From contig CAWCMR010000008.1 in assembly GCA_963796685.1 (NCBI GenBank), positions 160,001 through 224,000 of the forward strand: 64,000 bases of DNA, given 5' to 3'. The translations under genes were made by a program, and so were the position numbers. This DNA comes from an uncultured delta proteobacterium. Lineage in GTDB: Bacteria > Myxococcota_A > Polyangia > Fen-1088. This document shows, in pieces, positions 21,710-36,868 of the stretch. The notes beneath the pieces were generated by a model, which was not told the DNA's origin, searched no databases, and was given only the letters and a program-made list of their open reading frames with translations. Position 1 is the stretch's first letter; every line of letters starts with the position of its first letter.

Positions 21710-22552
21710 ATGTTGCGTACGGCTACATCGATAGCGATCTTGTCCGCCGCCTTCCTGGCGGAGCATGGAGCCCGTGCTCAAGGGGCACCCGCCGAGGAAG
21801 CCATGCCCGCCTATGCGCCGCCGGCCGCCCCGGAGCAGGAGGGCCCGGCACCGCCCATCCCGCCCTTCGCCGACAGCCCGCCGGTTCCAACCTCGGGTGG
21901 CGGCTATTGCTTCGTGGGCCCCCACCCGGTCGACAGCAGGGTCGACCCCGGCGTTACCTGGGACAACACGCAGGGAAGGCACGTGCACGGCTATCCGCCC
22001 TTCGACCTGCGCCTGTTCAACTTCGAGAACGGCTGCTACTACTTCATTGGCGATCCCACCGACTTCGGCTACGTCGGCGACACCTCCAGCTACTATGGCG
22101 CGCACCCCATCCTGGACACTTACGGTGGCGGCTGGTGCTTCATGATCGGCCCGCACCACCACATCTGGCGCCCATGGTCTCCGCTCTTTGTCACCGTCGG
22201 TCCGTGGTTCTACTGGGAAGGCCCCTACGATCCATTCTTTTGGACCTATTGGCCTTTCTATCACTACTACTATCGCACCCATTACTCTCGCTACTACGCG
22301 CACGGAGCCTTCTTCCGCGGGCACACGGTGGCGCCAAGAATCACGTCCGTTCCGCGCCCGCAACGCTATGGAAACGCTTGGCACGGCGCAGGCGGCGCCA
22401 TGCGTGCCCGCCCCACGGGCCCGCACGGGGCGGCGCCCCCGGTCGGCGGCGGCCGGGCGGCACCGGGCGGCGGATTCGCTCCGCGCAATTTCTCCACCCC
22501 GCGCGCCGGCGGCGGCGCGCGCTTCGGGGGCGGCGGGAGGCTCCGGCGGTAG
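21710..22552 (+). CDS. Secreted hypothetical protein (Pro-rich linker, Tyr/His/Trp-rich core, Gly/Arg tail)
   Basis: Signal peptide ...HGARA-Q; repeated GGxCFxxGPH and YxGxHP motifs. Confidence 0.75.
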   Translation: MLRTATSIAILSAAFLAEHGARAQGAPAEEAMPAYAPPAAPEQEGPAPPIPPFADSPPVPTSGGGYCFVGPHPVDSRVDPGVTWDNTQGRHVHGYPPFDLRLFNFENGCYYFIGDPTDFGYVGDTSSYYGAHPILDTYGGGWCFMIGPHHHIWRPWSPLFVTVGPWFYWEGPYDPFFWTYWPFYHYYYRTHYSRYYAHGAFFRGHTVAPRITSVPRPQRYGNAWHGAGGAMRARPTGPHGAAPPVGGGRAAPGGGFAPRNFSTPRAGGGARFGGGGRLRR

Positions 22553-22554
22553 AG

Positions 22555-24465
<1,911 letters not shown>

Positions 24466-24466
24466 C

Positions 24467-26894
<2,428 letters not shown>

Positions 26895-26954
26895 GATGCT
26901 TGGCAAGGCCTACGCCTGCCCCGCCTCAAGCTACGGGAGGCGAGCGAAGAGATC

Positions 26955-26986
26955 AAGAAAGGACAGCAGCCGCCGTGAGGCTGCTG
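26955..26986 (-). terminator. Rho-independent terminator candidate downstream of the DUF882 gene
   Basis: On the minus strand: cagcagcc-tcacggc-ggctgctg followed by tcctttctt. Confidence 0.45.
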
Positions 26987-27036
26987 GATGCAAGGGTGGG
27001 CCGGAGGTCCCGAGGGCCATCGGGTCCCGACGCGGT

Positions 27037-27786
27037 CTAGCTTTCCGGATTCTTGCGCTTGAATCCGCGAGGGGGCAGCCGGTCGCGGGCGTCCGGGTTC
27101 GATCGCGAGTAGTCGATCCAGCGGTAGCTCGGGGGCTGGCGCACGTCCACGTGGACGAAGCCGACCTTGGGATACCAGCCCACGCCCATGCCACCGGCGT
27201 CGAGACTCTCGACATAGGTTCGGATCTTGCGCGGGTCGATGCCGGGAATGCGGATATCCGCCGCCGTCCCATGGAAATGGTTGCTGGTGGTGCGGCGCTG
27301 GAAACGGTAGCCCGAAAGCAGCTCGATGCGCTTGCCTCCGAAGTGGTCGTAGACGTGCGACAGGATGGTGATGAGGCGGGTGTCGATGTCGTGCTCGAGA
27401 CCGCTGCGCCGGCACTTGAAGATGTGGCTGATCTCGGCCAGCGCCTTCACGCTGAACGAACCGTCTTCGTTGTAGATGTCGACGTCCGCTTCTTCCTTGT
27501 AGTTGACCGAGTAGATGCGCAGGTGGCCCGACGGCGGCGCTGGCTTCTCCGCCAGCAGCTCCTTTTCCGGCACCGGCCAGCCGATCATCTTGCCCGAGCG
27601 CTTGCCCCGATGTTTGGTCGAGCACCTTCGTTTGGCCGAGCACCTTCCCGATCGACTGTGCAAGGATGCGCGCGAGGCGCGCATGATGCAGGTTGCGGAC
27701 GCACCGAATTTCGGGGCGCCTTCGACAGCCCCCGCGGTCTGAGTGCCGGCCGTGACCGCCAGCAGCATCAACGAAAACCGCAGCAT
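27037..27786 (-). CDS. DUF882/YcbK (MepK-like, peptidase M15) protein
   Basis: IDTRL...L, LLSGYR, SNHFHGTAADI, GVGWYP..GFVHVDVR; signal peptide. Confidence 0.88.
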   Translation of the reverse strand: MLRFSLMLLAVTAGTQTAGAVEGAPKFGASATCIMRASRASLHSRSGRCSAKRRCSTKHRGKRSGKMIGWPVPEKELLAEKPAPPSGHLRIYSVNYKEEADVDIYNEDGSFSVKALAEISHIFKCRRSGLEHDIDTRLITILSHVYDHFGGKRIELLSGYRFQRRTTSNHFHGTAADIRIPGIDPRKIRTYVESLDAGGMGVGWYPKVGFVHVDVRQPPSYRWIDYSRSNPDARDRLPPRGFKRKNPES

Positions 27787-27819
27787 GTCTTTCTAGAGTT
27801 AGCCGGGAACCGGCATCTG

Positions 27820-28284
27820 TCAACCTTCGATCGAGTTTTTGTTGGGCTGGCTTACAGGTACCAACTGTAGGTGTACCAGCTCGATGCTGAGTGTTTGGGC
27901 TACCTGGAAGATGCGATCATCGCGGTAGAACTCGCCGTAGACGATACGGCGCAAGCCCGAATTGGCGATCTGTTTGAAGCAGCTCCAGCACGGGCTGGCC
28001 GTGACGTACAAGGTGCCGCCGTCGATCATCACGCCGTTCTTGGCCGCCTGAAGGATGGCATTGCTCTCGGCGTGGATGGTGGCCACACAATGATCGTTCT
28101 CCATCATGTGGCCCACCTCGGAACAGTGGGGCATGCCGCGAATCGATCCGTTGTAGCCGGTCGACAAGATGGTCTTCTCGCGCACGATGACCGCACCGAC
28201 GAATTTGCGTGGACACGTCGAGCGCGACGCCACCACGCTGGCGATGTTCATGAAGTACTCGTCCCAGGAAGCTCGCTTGGGCAT
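27820..28284 (-). CDS. dCMP deaminase / ComEB family
   Basis: WDEYFM.IA...A.RSTC...VGAV, TGYNG, HAE.NA, PC..C zinc motifs. Confidence 0.93.
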   Translation of the reverse strand: MPKRASWDEYFMNIASVVASRSTCPRKFVGAVIVREKTILSTGYNGSIRGMPHCSEVGHMMENDHCVATIHAESNAILQAAKNGVMIDGGTLYVTASPCWSCFKQIANSGLRRIVYGEFYRDDRIFQVAQTLSIELVHLQLVPVSQPNKNSIEG

Positions 28285-28371
28285 GGGGATTTCTAGCAAA
28301 AATCCGGTCCAAACGCCCAGCCATCCTACCCATCCATCCTGCCCATCCATCATCCCACGATAGCCGCAGGA

Positions 28372-28443
28372 GGTCGTGGTCGTGGCCGTGGCCGTGGCCG
28401 ACGAAGATCACTCCGGGCCACGGTGACGTCCACGACCACGACC
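28372..28443. repeat. Hexamer-based (GGTCGT/GGCCGT) 28-bp inverted repeat
   Basis: ggtcgtggtcgtggccgtggccgtggcc pairs with ggccacggtgacgtccacgaccacgacc (3 mismatches); CCAT-rich microrepeat at 28320-28356. Confidence 0.7.
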
Positions 28444-28534
28444 ACCTTTCGTCGCCCTGCCAGGCGAGAGGCTTAGCCTTGGAATGGGGCCTTTAGCCTG
28501 GCGCCTCGCGACGTCGCTGAGCTTGTCGCGGCCG

Positions 28535-30430
28535 CTATCTCCTGCGCCGCTTGCCGTGCGGGGCAGGCGGCGCTGCCCCGAGAGCGGTGAGGGCGGCGTC
28601 GATATCCTTTCTGACGCAGGCGTTGCCCGAGGCGCCGAGCAGACCACCGAGGAGGCTGCGCCGCTCGGAGCGAGCCCGACTCAGCGGCTCGATGGCGCGC
28701 TTGTCGCCGGTTTCGCCCAGCTTCTGCACGGCCGCGCGCTTTTCCTCGCAGGTCTTGCCTTGGGCCAGATCCAAGGCGTAGCTGTTGACGAGGTTGACCT
28801 TCTTGCCGCAGTCGAGGGTCTCGCACGCCTCGCGCGCGGCCTGGCGGAACTCGGCGCGACGATCGTCCGAGGCAAGGTCTGCCAAAAGGTCGATCGCGGG
28901 TTTCCCGATCTGTTTGGTCAGCATCTCCAGGGCGACGAGCCCGAGCTTGCGGTCGTTGAGCTCGCCGCGCACATTCACCAGCAGGGCCGCGTCGGCGCGC
29001 AGGCCGGGATCCATGCGCAGGGCTTCCTCATAGGCTTGCAGCCCGGCGCTGGGATTCTTGTCGGCGAATTCCAGATTGCCGAGGAGGTAGCGCACGTGTC
29101 CGTCGGTGGGATGGGCCGAGATCTGCTGCATGATGAGCACGCGCGACTCGGTCAGAAGCCCCTTGGCCATGGTCTCTTCGATGTGCTTGATGGGCGACTT
29201 CATTTCGGCGGCGACGGGTTTGGGCTTGGGCGGCTCCAATTTGGGCGAAGCCCCTTTGCGCCCGCCCCCTCCGCGCGCGAAAACCAGCACCAGCAGCAGA
29301 AGCACGAACACGCCCGGCACCGCATAGCGCCGGGGTCTTTCGGGCAAGTGCTTGAGCGCCGGGTGCGCGAGCTCATCGATCTTGCCTTTGACGGCGCACA
29401 CCCGCGCCCACGTCCACCGTGCGGCCGAGATGACCGCCGGGCGTTTGGACCAGATCTTGGCGCCGATGGAGAACCCCATGCGCACCGAGGACGCGGCAAA
29501 GCGCGCGCCGAGCTCCGCGGCGTCGGTGGACGCGTTCTCGATAGCCGTGCGAAATTCGGTCGCGCTCGCGTAGCGCTTGTCGCGCTCCTTTTCCAGCACG
29601 CGCATGACCACGGCTTCGAGGACAGGGGGGATGCGCGCGTCAGGCGCGACCTCGGCGAGGCGGGGCGGTGGCGCGGTGATCTGCATGCCGAGCAGCTTGA
29701 CCAGATCGGGATCCTCGAACGGTTTCCGACCGACGAGCATCTCGTACAGGATGATGCCGCACGAATAGAGATCGGCCCGGCTGTCAGCCTCTTGTCCCGC
29801 GGCTTGTTCGGGTGACATGTAGGCGGGCGTTCCGAAGATCATCATCCCGCGCGTCAGCGGTTCGTCGTTGCCCTGGGCCTGGGTCATCTTGGCGATACCG
29901 AAATCCAGGATCTTCACCGTCTCGGGCTTCTTCGGATCGGGATCCCTGACCAGCATCACATTGGCGGGCTTGAGGTCGCGATGAACGACCCCCTCGGCGT
30001 GCGCGTGTTCGAGCGCACGCAGGATCTGGCCCGCGATATGACAGGCGCGACCGGGCTCGAAGCGTCCCTCGCGCAAGAGCACTTCGGCGAGGGGCTCACC
30101 AGCCACGAATTCCATGACCAGAAACAGCTCGCCATCCGCGCCGTGGCCGAAATCAGTCACCGAAATGATGTTGGGGTGGTTCAGTCGACTGGCCGACTGC
30201 GCCTCGCGTTCGAAGCGCCGCGCGGCGTCCGGCACATTGCTGAACTCGGCGCGCAAGAGCTTGAGCGCCAGCACTTTCTTCATCAAGGTGTGCTCGACGC
30301 GAAAGACCGTCCCCATGCCGCCTTCGCCGATGCGGCCAAGGATGCGATAGCGCTCGCCTATGATGGTGTCGACGAGGGGATCCCTCGCGACGTTCAGCAT
30401 CTGCGTGGGTGCGATCTCCGAATCGGACAT
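28535..30430 (-). CDS. Membrane Ser/Thr protein kinase with a C-terminal TPR/HEAT-like region
   Basis: GEGGMG.V, ALK, HRDLKPAN, DFG, GTPAYMSPE; a TM helix followed by helical repeats. Confidence 0.95.
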   Translation of the reverse strand: MSDSEIAPTQMLNVARDPLVDTIIGERYRILGRIGEGGMGTVFRVEHTLMKKVLALKLLRAEFSNVPDAARRFEREAQSASRLNHPNIISVTDFGHGADGELFLVMEFVAGEPLAEVLLREGRFEPGRACHIAGQILRALEHAHAEGVVHRDLKPANVMLVRDPDPKKPETVKILDFGIAKMTQAQGNDEPLTRGMMIFGTPAYMSPEQAAGQEADSRADLYSCGIILYEMLVGRKPFEDPDLVKLLGMQITAPPPRLAEVAPDARIPPVLEAVVMRVLEKERDKRYASATEFRTAIENASTDAAELGARFAASSVRMGFSIGAKIWSKRPAVISAARWTWARVCAVKGKIDELAHPALKHLPERPRRYAVPGVFVLLLLVLVFARGGGGRKGASPKLEPPKPKPVAAEMKSPIKHIEETMAKGLLTESRVLIMQQISAHPTDGHVRYLLGNLEFADKNPSAGLQAYEEALRMDPGLRADAALLVNVRGELNDRKLGLVALEMLTKQIGKPAIDLLADLASDDRRAEFRQAAREACETLDCGKKVNLVNSYALDLAQGKTCEEKRAAVQKLGETGDKRAIEPLSRARSERRSLLGGLLGASGNACVRKDIDAALTALGAAPPAPHGKRRRR

Positions 30431-30553
30431 ACCTTGGTCGGTCAGACTACCACCGCCAGCGCCGCCTGCGCGAGGTTCGCCGCTGGGAGACGAAGACCCA
30501 AGTGCGACAAGGCTGTCGCGATTTCGCCCGGACGCGCGGAACCTACCAGCCTC

Positions 30554-30736
30554 CTAGGAGAGGCGGCGCGTGACGTCGCGGTCTTCGTTCTCGACTTGCG
30601 CGACCTCCATGTAGCAAATGCGGAAGGTGTCGCCGCCGTAGGTGAGAAGTCCCCAGTCCACGGCGTCTTCAAGCTCGATGAAGATCGCCGATGGAGCACT
30701 CTGTCCGTCTGGAATGATGGCGTAGCCGGAGATCAC
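30554..30736 (-). CDS. Small hypothetical protein (60 aa)
   Basis: GTG start 6 nt after a perfect AGGAGG; protein-like composition (ISGYAIIPDGQSAPSAIFIELEDAVDWG...). Confidence 0.7.
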   Translation of the reverse strand: MISGYAIIPDGQSAPSAIFIELEDAVDWGLLTYGGDTFRICYMEVAQVENEDRDVTRRLS

Positions 30737-30907
30737 GGATGACCTCCTTGTGCACAAGCGCCGTGACCGATTTCGGCTCTACCTGACGAGAATCGGACGG
30801 CGGTGATGAATCGCGGACGAACTTGCACGGCGAATCGCTGCACGGTGGGCTCCTTGACGGCGTATGCGCCAGTCAAAGCAATTCGCGGACCAAAGCCGCT
30901 TCGCGTG

Positions 30908-31444
30908 CTACTTCTTCTTCTCGGGAAGCAGCTTCTCGTCCTGCCGCCGGTAACCGAGGAGACCTGGCGCCTCTTCGACGCGATAGAGACGGACGCTCAC
31001 TTTGTCGTTGCGATCCGCGTAAAGCCGCGTGTGATACGGCATGTAGCCCTCTGCCTTGATGTCCAGATCGATCGGCCCACTGCCACGTGGTCGACTGAGC
31101 TCGGTATCCATGCTGCCAGGTGACAGCCGGGCAATCTGTTTGGCGCCCCACGTGACCAGGGCTTTCACCTGTGGTGTCACGCTGAGCTTGAGCGTCACGG
31201 TTTGGGAGTACGGGTTGGCCTCGCGTTCCTCGGTCCTGAGATCGTCGCCCTCGACCTTGGGCGACTCCGGCCGAGCCTCGGGCATCGCGCGCGCGGCGGA
31301 AGCCGCCAAGGCCTTGGGCTTGGTGACGGCGGCGGAGGGCGTCGGTTCGACGGCGGAGGGAGCTGCCGGCCCGACAGGCCGGGCGGAGCGCGAGCAGGCG
31401 CACGACAAGACCACGGCGGCTGCCCACCCACAACGCGACCTCAC
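30908..31444 (-). CDS. Hypothetical lipoprotein, PEGA-like C-terminal domain
   Basis: Cys-containing signal, Pro/Ala linker, IKAEGYMPY; 4-nt overlap with the upstream gene. Confidence 0.7.
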   Translation of the reverse strand: MRSRCGWAAAVVLSCACSRSARPVGPAAPSAVEPTPSAAVTKPKALAASAARAMPEARPESPKVEGDDLRTEEREANPYSQTVTLKLSVTPQVKALVTWGAKQIARLSPGSMDTELSRPRGSGPIDLDIKAEGYMPYHTRLYADRNDKVSVRLYRVEEAPGLLGYRRQDEKLLPEKKK

Positions 31445-33552
31445 GGAGCGCCTCCGGCCTTGCTGTCGGGACCGCTGGATGCAGCCGGCGGCTTGGCGTC
31501 GGTGTACTTCACGCCAGGCTTGCGCACGTAGCCGGTGATCGGCTGCTTGAGCTTGCCTTTGATGGTTCCCTTCAGGGTTTCAATGGGCAGCGGCGGTTCG
31601 AGCTCGAAGTAGAAGCCGCGCGTGGGCAGGCGCATGTCGTAGACCTCGCCTTCCCAATAGAAGGTGCGCCGGAACCCAAGCGCCATGGGGCCCAGCACTT
31701 TGGCCCTGCGGTGGCCGAGCACGAAGGAAAACAAGCGTACCGCGAGGTTGTTGTAGAGCCGATGACAACCGTGCGAGAAGCGCCCGCGCAAGGATAGGTA
31801 ATCGAACGAGCCGTGGGTGCGAATGCCGTTGTCGAAATAGGCCAGGCTCGCGCCGTGCCGACGCAGCTGCTCGTGAATCCCGGCCACGAGGCCGTAGGCC
31901 GACAGGTAACCGGGGCCGGTCTCGTCGTAGTTGACCACGTGCGGATAGGCGCCGGCGACCCACTTGGTCTTGACCATCGCGCCAAGCGGCGCGGAGGTCG
32001 GCGGCAACCACACTGGTGCGGCCACGATGTGGCGCCACACGCGCGTGCCCACGTCGGATTCCTTGTAGCGATAGTATTCTTCGCCATCGGAGGCGACCTC
32101 GGTTCGCCAGCCACCGATGGTGGTGCGCCAATTGACGAGCGGTACCTTCTCGCCTCGCCACCGCACGAACAGCGTGAAGGACGGAAAGCGCTCGCGGGCT
32201 TGCGCGATGCGCACGCCCTTGTCGTCGAAGGGGAAGTCGTACCACACGTCGCCGCGATCGATCTCGGCCACCAGGTCCATGTGCGGACCGTAATATTCGG
32301 GCAGGGCGGGAAAGCGCACGGCCGCGCGCAACGAGCGAAAGTCGCTTTCCGGGTGGCGACGGAAGAACGCTAGGGCGTCCTCGGGCGTGGCCAGCCCCAG
32401 ACGCGCCATGGTGGCCAGGGTGGCCTGCCCCACCAGATCGGGAACCGGCACGTCCTCGCCGGCCTTGTTCTTGTACGTGGGTTGCTTGCGCGGCCGGTTC
32501 CGCTTGGCGGGCGGCATGGCCTCGATGGCGCTGCCGTCCTCGAGGATGCGGCCGGCGTGCGCCGCCCGTTCGGCCAGCACCCGACGCAGGGCCAGAAAGT
32601 CGTTCAGCAGGAGCGGGCGGGCCATGGCCTCCAGCGTTCCGCGCGTGAGATCGGCCTGCGCGAACACCGCGTTTTTCTGCTGGAAATCCACGGCGGCGCT
32701 ACGCATGGGACCGTCGTAGGAACCGGTCTTGTGCTTGCCAGGATCGAGCAGCCCTTCGCAGATGAGGCGTTTTTCCACCTCGGCAAAGGCAGCGCGTTCG
32801 GCCTCGGTGCGCAGATGATCCTTCACCTCGCGACCATAGCGGGGATCCTTCGTGGCCAGCTCCTCCAGCGTGGAGGCGCCCAGTTTCTTCTGCGCAGCTT
32901 CGAGGCGCATGCCGCGGAAACGGTGTTTCGCGCTTTCCTTCTTCTCGGTGGTCCTGCCCCAGGTCTCGATGCTGTCCACGGCCAAGAGCTTGGCCGTGTC
33001 CACCGTGCTCTCGCAGGTGCGCGCACGGTCTTCGAGAAAACGCCTGCGCATGACCGACAGCGAGGGCGGCACGCCGTAGAGCTCGAGGTAGTTGCGCTCG
33101 CCGGGTGGCAGCGGCTCGCCATCGCCGTCGGTGCGATCGTTGGCCAGCCCCACGAACACGGCCCGGTAGCGGTTGGGCAAGGGCGCACCATCGGCGGCCT
33201 TGCCGTCCTGAAAGATGAAGGGTGCGAAGTCGTCGGACAGATCGACCAGGGTCAGGCCCTTGTCGCGCGCCATGTTCGCGTCAACCACGCGCTCTTGGCC
33301 GTCCACCACCTGAATCGCTCGGCGCTCGAGGGCGAGCTTGCCGGTCGCCTCGGGCAGGGCATCCTCGTCGGGCTTGGATGGCCCGGAGGTCGGCGCGGGC
33401 CGCGCGGAAGGCGGGGCAAGAGCGACGGCGGAAGGCGGAGGCTCGGACGGCGGTGCCGGCTTCGTGGACGGCGTGCCCTCGCCCCGGCAGGCAAGCCCTC
33501 CCGTCGCGGCGAGGAGAAGAAGCGGCGCATGCGGAAGAAAAGTTCGATTCAC
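31441..33552 (-). CDS. L,D-transpeptidase (YkuD-type) lipoprotein with a PG-binding-like domain
   Basis: GIRTHGS...SHGCHRL catalytic motif, P.W.PP, G.YDGP...A..DFQ; GLAC lipobox. Start approximate. Confidence 0.82.
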   Translation of the reverse strand: MNRTFLPHAPLLLLAATGGLACRGEGTPSTKPAPPSEPPPSAVALAPPSARPAPTSGPSKPDEDALPEATGKLALERRAIQVVDGQERVVDANMARDKGLTLVDLSDDFAPFIFQDGKAADGAPLPNRYRAVFVGLANDRTDGDGEPLPPGERNYLELYGVPPSLSVMRRRFLEDRARTCESTVDTAKLLAVDSIETWGRTTEKKESAKHRFRGMRLEAAQKKLGASTLEELATKDPRYGREVKDHLRTEAERAAFAEVEKRLICEGLLDPGKHKTGSYDGPMRSAAVDFQQKNAVFAQADLTRGTLEAMARPLLLNDFLALRRVLAERAAHAGRILEDGSAIEAMPPAKRNRPRKQPTYKNKAGEDVPVPDLVGQATLATMARLGLATPEDALAFFRRHPESDFRSLRAAVRFPALPEYYGPHMDLVAEIDRGDVWYDFPFDDKGVRIAQARERFPSFTLFVRWRGEKVPLVNWRTTIGGWRTEVASDGEEYYRYKESDVGTRVWRHIVAAPVWLPPTSAPLGAMVKTKWVAGAYPHVVNYDETGPGYLSAYGLVAGIHEQLRRHGASLAYFDNGIRTHGSFDYLSLRGRFSHGCHRLYNNLAVRLFSFVLGHRRAKVLGPMALGFRRTFYWEGEVYDMRLPTRGFYFELEPPLPIETLKGTIKGKLKQPITGYVRKPGVKYTDAKPPAASSGPDSKAGGAP

Positions 33553-33616
33553 GGTACCGGTCGAGGATCTACCAGCGACGGACCGCGGATGGCGAGATTT
33601 GTCTGAATCGAATACT

Positions 33617-34165
33617 ATGCACCCCATGAAACGCGTCATCATCACCCTGGCATTCGCCCTGGTCGCCCTTGGCTCACGCCCACGCACGGCCCAAGCGACC
33701 GAGGTTGGAACATCGCGCACCTTTGGCCTCGGCGTTCAGCTACTCAATCCGACTGCCCTCATCGGCAAGGTCTTCCTCGACAGAAACGATGCCCTGGACT
33801 TCGGCATCGGCTTTTGGGGCTACGGCACCTGCTACGACGGCAACGGCCACCCTTACTACTGCAACGACAACCGGCACGACTTCAGCTTGCACTTCGACTA
33901 CCTCTACGAGGAGCCCATCGTGAACTCGGTGGTCAGACTCGACTGGCACGCGGGCGTGGGCGGACGCATGGTCGTCTGGGGCTATACCTACAACAACGGC
34001 GATCACGGGGTCGTCTTCCTGGCCAGGGTTCCGCTCGGCCTGGACCTGACCTTTCGCCGCCCACGCTGGTTGGAGGTCTACCTCGAGATCGCACCGGCCC
34101 TGGTCGTCATCCCGCCGCTCGATTTCACCATCGATGTCGGACTGGGTGTGCGGGCATACTTCTAG
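33617..34165 (+). CDS. Small outer-membrane beta-barrel protein (DUF3996-like)
   Basis: Signal peptide, FGLG...P..L.GK.FL, RVPLGL, EVYLEIAP, terminal GVRAYF. Confidence 0.78.
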   Translation: MHPMKRVIITLAFALVALGSRPRTAQATEVGTSRTFGLGVQLLNPTALIGKVFLDRNDALDFGIGFWGYGTCYDGNGHPYYCNDNRHDFSLHFDYLYEEPIVNSVVRLDWHAGVGGRMVVWGYTYNNGDHGVVFLARVPLGLDLTFRRPRWLEVYLEIAPALVVIPPLDFTIDVGLGVRAYF

Positions 34166-34185
34166 CCCGGGGATCGTTTTCGAAG

Positions 34186-34446
34186 CTACTGGGGCTCGGA
34201 CTCGGGACTCGGCGTTCCCATCAAGGCGTCGCTGAGCACGACGTTACCCGAAACCGGAGTCTCCGCATGACCCGTGACGACACCGGACTCCTGACCAACC
34301 TCCTCGGCGGGATCTTCCGGCGCGGTCGCGACCGGCACCTCGGCCGCCACGGTACCTGAAGCGACAGGTGCTGCCGGTTGCGGCACGCCCGCAGCGCGAG
34401 ATTTCCATCGGGCGATTGCGAACTCGAAATCGGCGTACGAGATCAT
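34186..34446 (-). CDS. Small acidic hypothetical protein
   Basis: MISYADFEFAIARWK helix plus an acidic Pro/Ala tail; sits downstream of ettA. Confidence 0.6.
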   Translation of the reverse strand: MISYADFEFAIARWKSRAAGVPQPAAPVASGTVAAEVPVATAPEDPAEEVGQESGVVTGHAETPVSGNVVLSDALMGTPSPESEPQ

Positions 34447-34510
34447 GGCCGAACCAGCGTACCGGTTTCTCCGCCACGCCGCAAATGCTTCCCTGATTTT
34501 TCCGGCGTCG

Positions 34511-36187
<1,677 letters not shown>

Positions 36188-36270
36188 GGGCCGCGCAGTT
36201 TACCCGATGATCCGCGTTCGTCACGTCTGGCTTTGGGCGTGCGAACCTGCCCAGACGGTCTACCTCGAGC

Positions 36271-36807
36271 CTACTTGACCTCTTCCTTCCCGTTCTTACC
36301 CTCCTGGCCCTCTTGCTTGGGCGCCTTCTTGGCCCCCTTCTTGGCCCCCTTCTTCTCTTCGCTCTTGTCTTCCTTCTCGGCCTCCTTCTTGCCCTTGGGC
36401 TTCTTGACCTTGTCCTTGGGTCCGGGCGGCGTGGTCTCGTCAGCGGTCTCGCTGTCCTCGCCCTCCGATTCGTCGGCGGCTTGCTCCACGGCCTTGGCTT
36501 TGGCGGCCTCTTCCTCGCGCCGCTTCTTGTCGGCCTCTTCCGCCTTCTTGGTTTCGGCTTGAATTTCCTTGTCCAGCTCTTTCTGCCGCTTTTCCTCGCA
36601 GCCCTTGGGCTCGCACTCTCCCGGGCAGCCGCACTTGCTGGGCCTCGTGCAGGTACATTCGCCAGCGGTGTTCTGGTAGCATCCGCAGGCGTTGATCTTG
36701 CGATCGTCCGCGCGCGCCGCCAACCAATCACCTCCCAGCACCGATGCAGCGGCTGTCAACGACGCAACAACCAATAGTCTGTTCCAATTAATTTGCATGG
36801 TTTCCAT
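36271..36807 (-). CDS. Secreted protein with a Cys-rich N-domain and Lys/Glu-rich tail
   Basis: Signal peptide ...AARA-DD, 8 Cys in about 30 aa, then low-complexity KE/KKGA repeats. Confidence 0.75.
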   Translation of the reverse strand: METMQINWNRLLVVASLTAAASVLGGDWLAARADDRKINACGCYQNTAGECTCTRPSKCGCPGECEPKGCEEKRQKELDKEIQAETKKAEEADKKRREEEAAKAKAVEQAADESEGEDSETADETTPPGPKDKVKKPKGKKEAEKEDKSEEKKGAKKGAKKAPKQEGQEGKNGKEEVK

Positions 36808-36868
36808 TCCCTTTGGCCCCGGACCATAACCATAGGTGTGCCCGGATTCAACAGGACAAATGCCGGAC

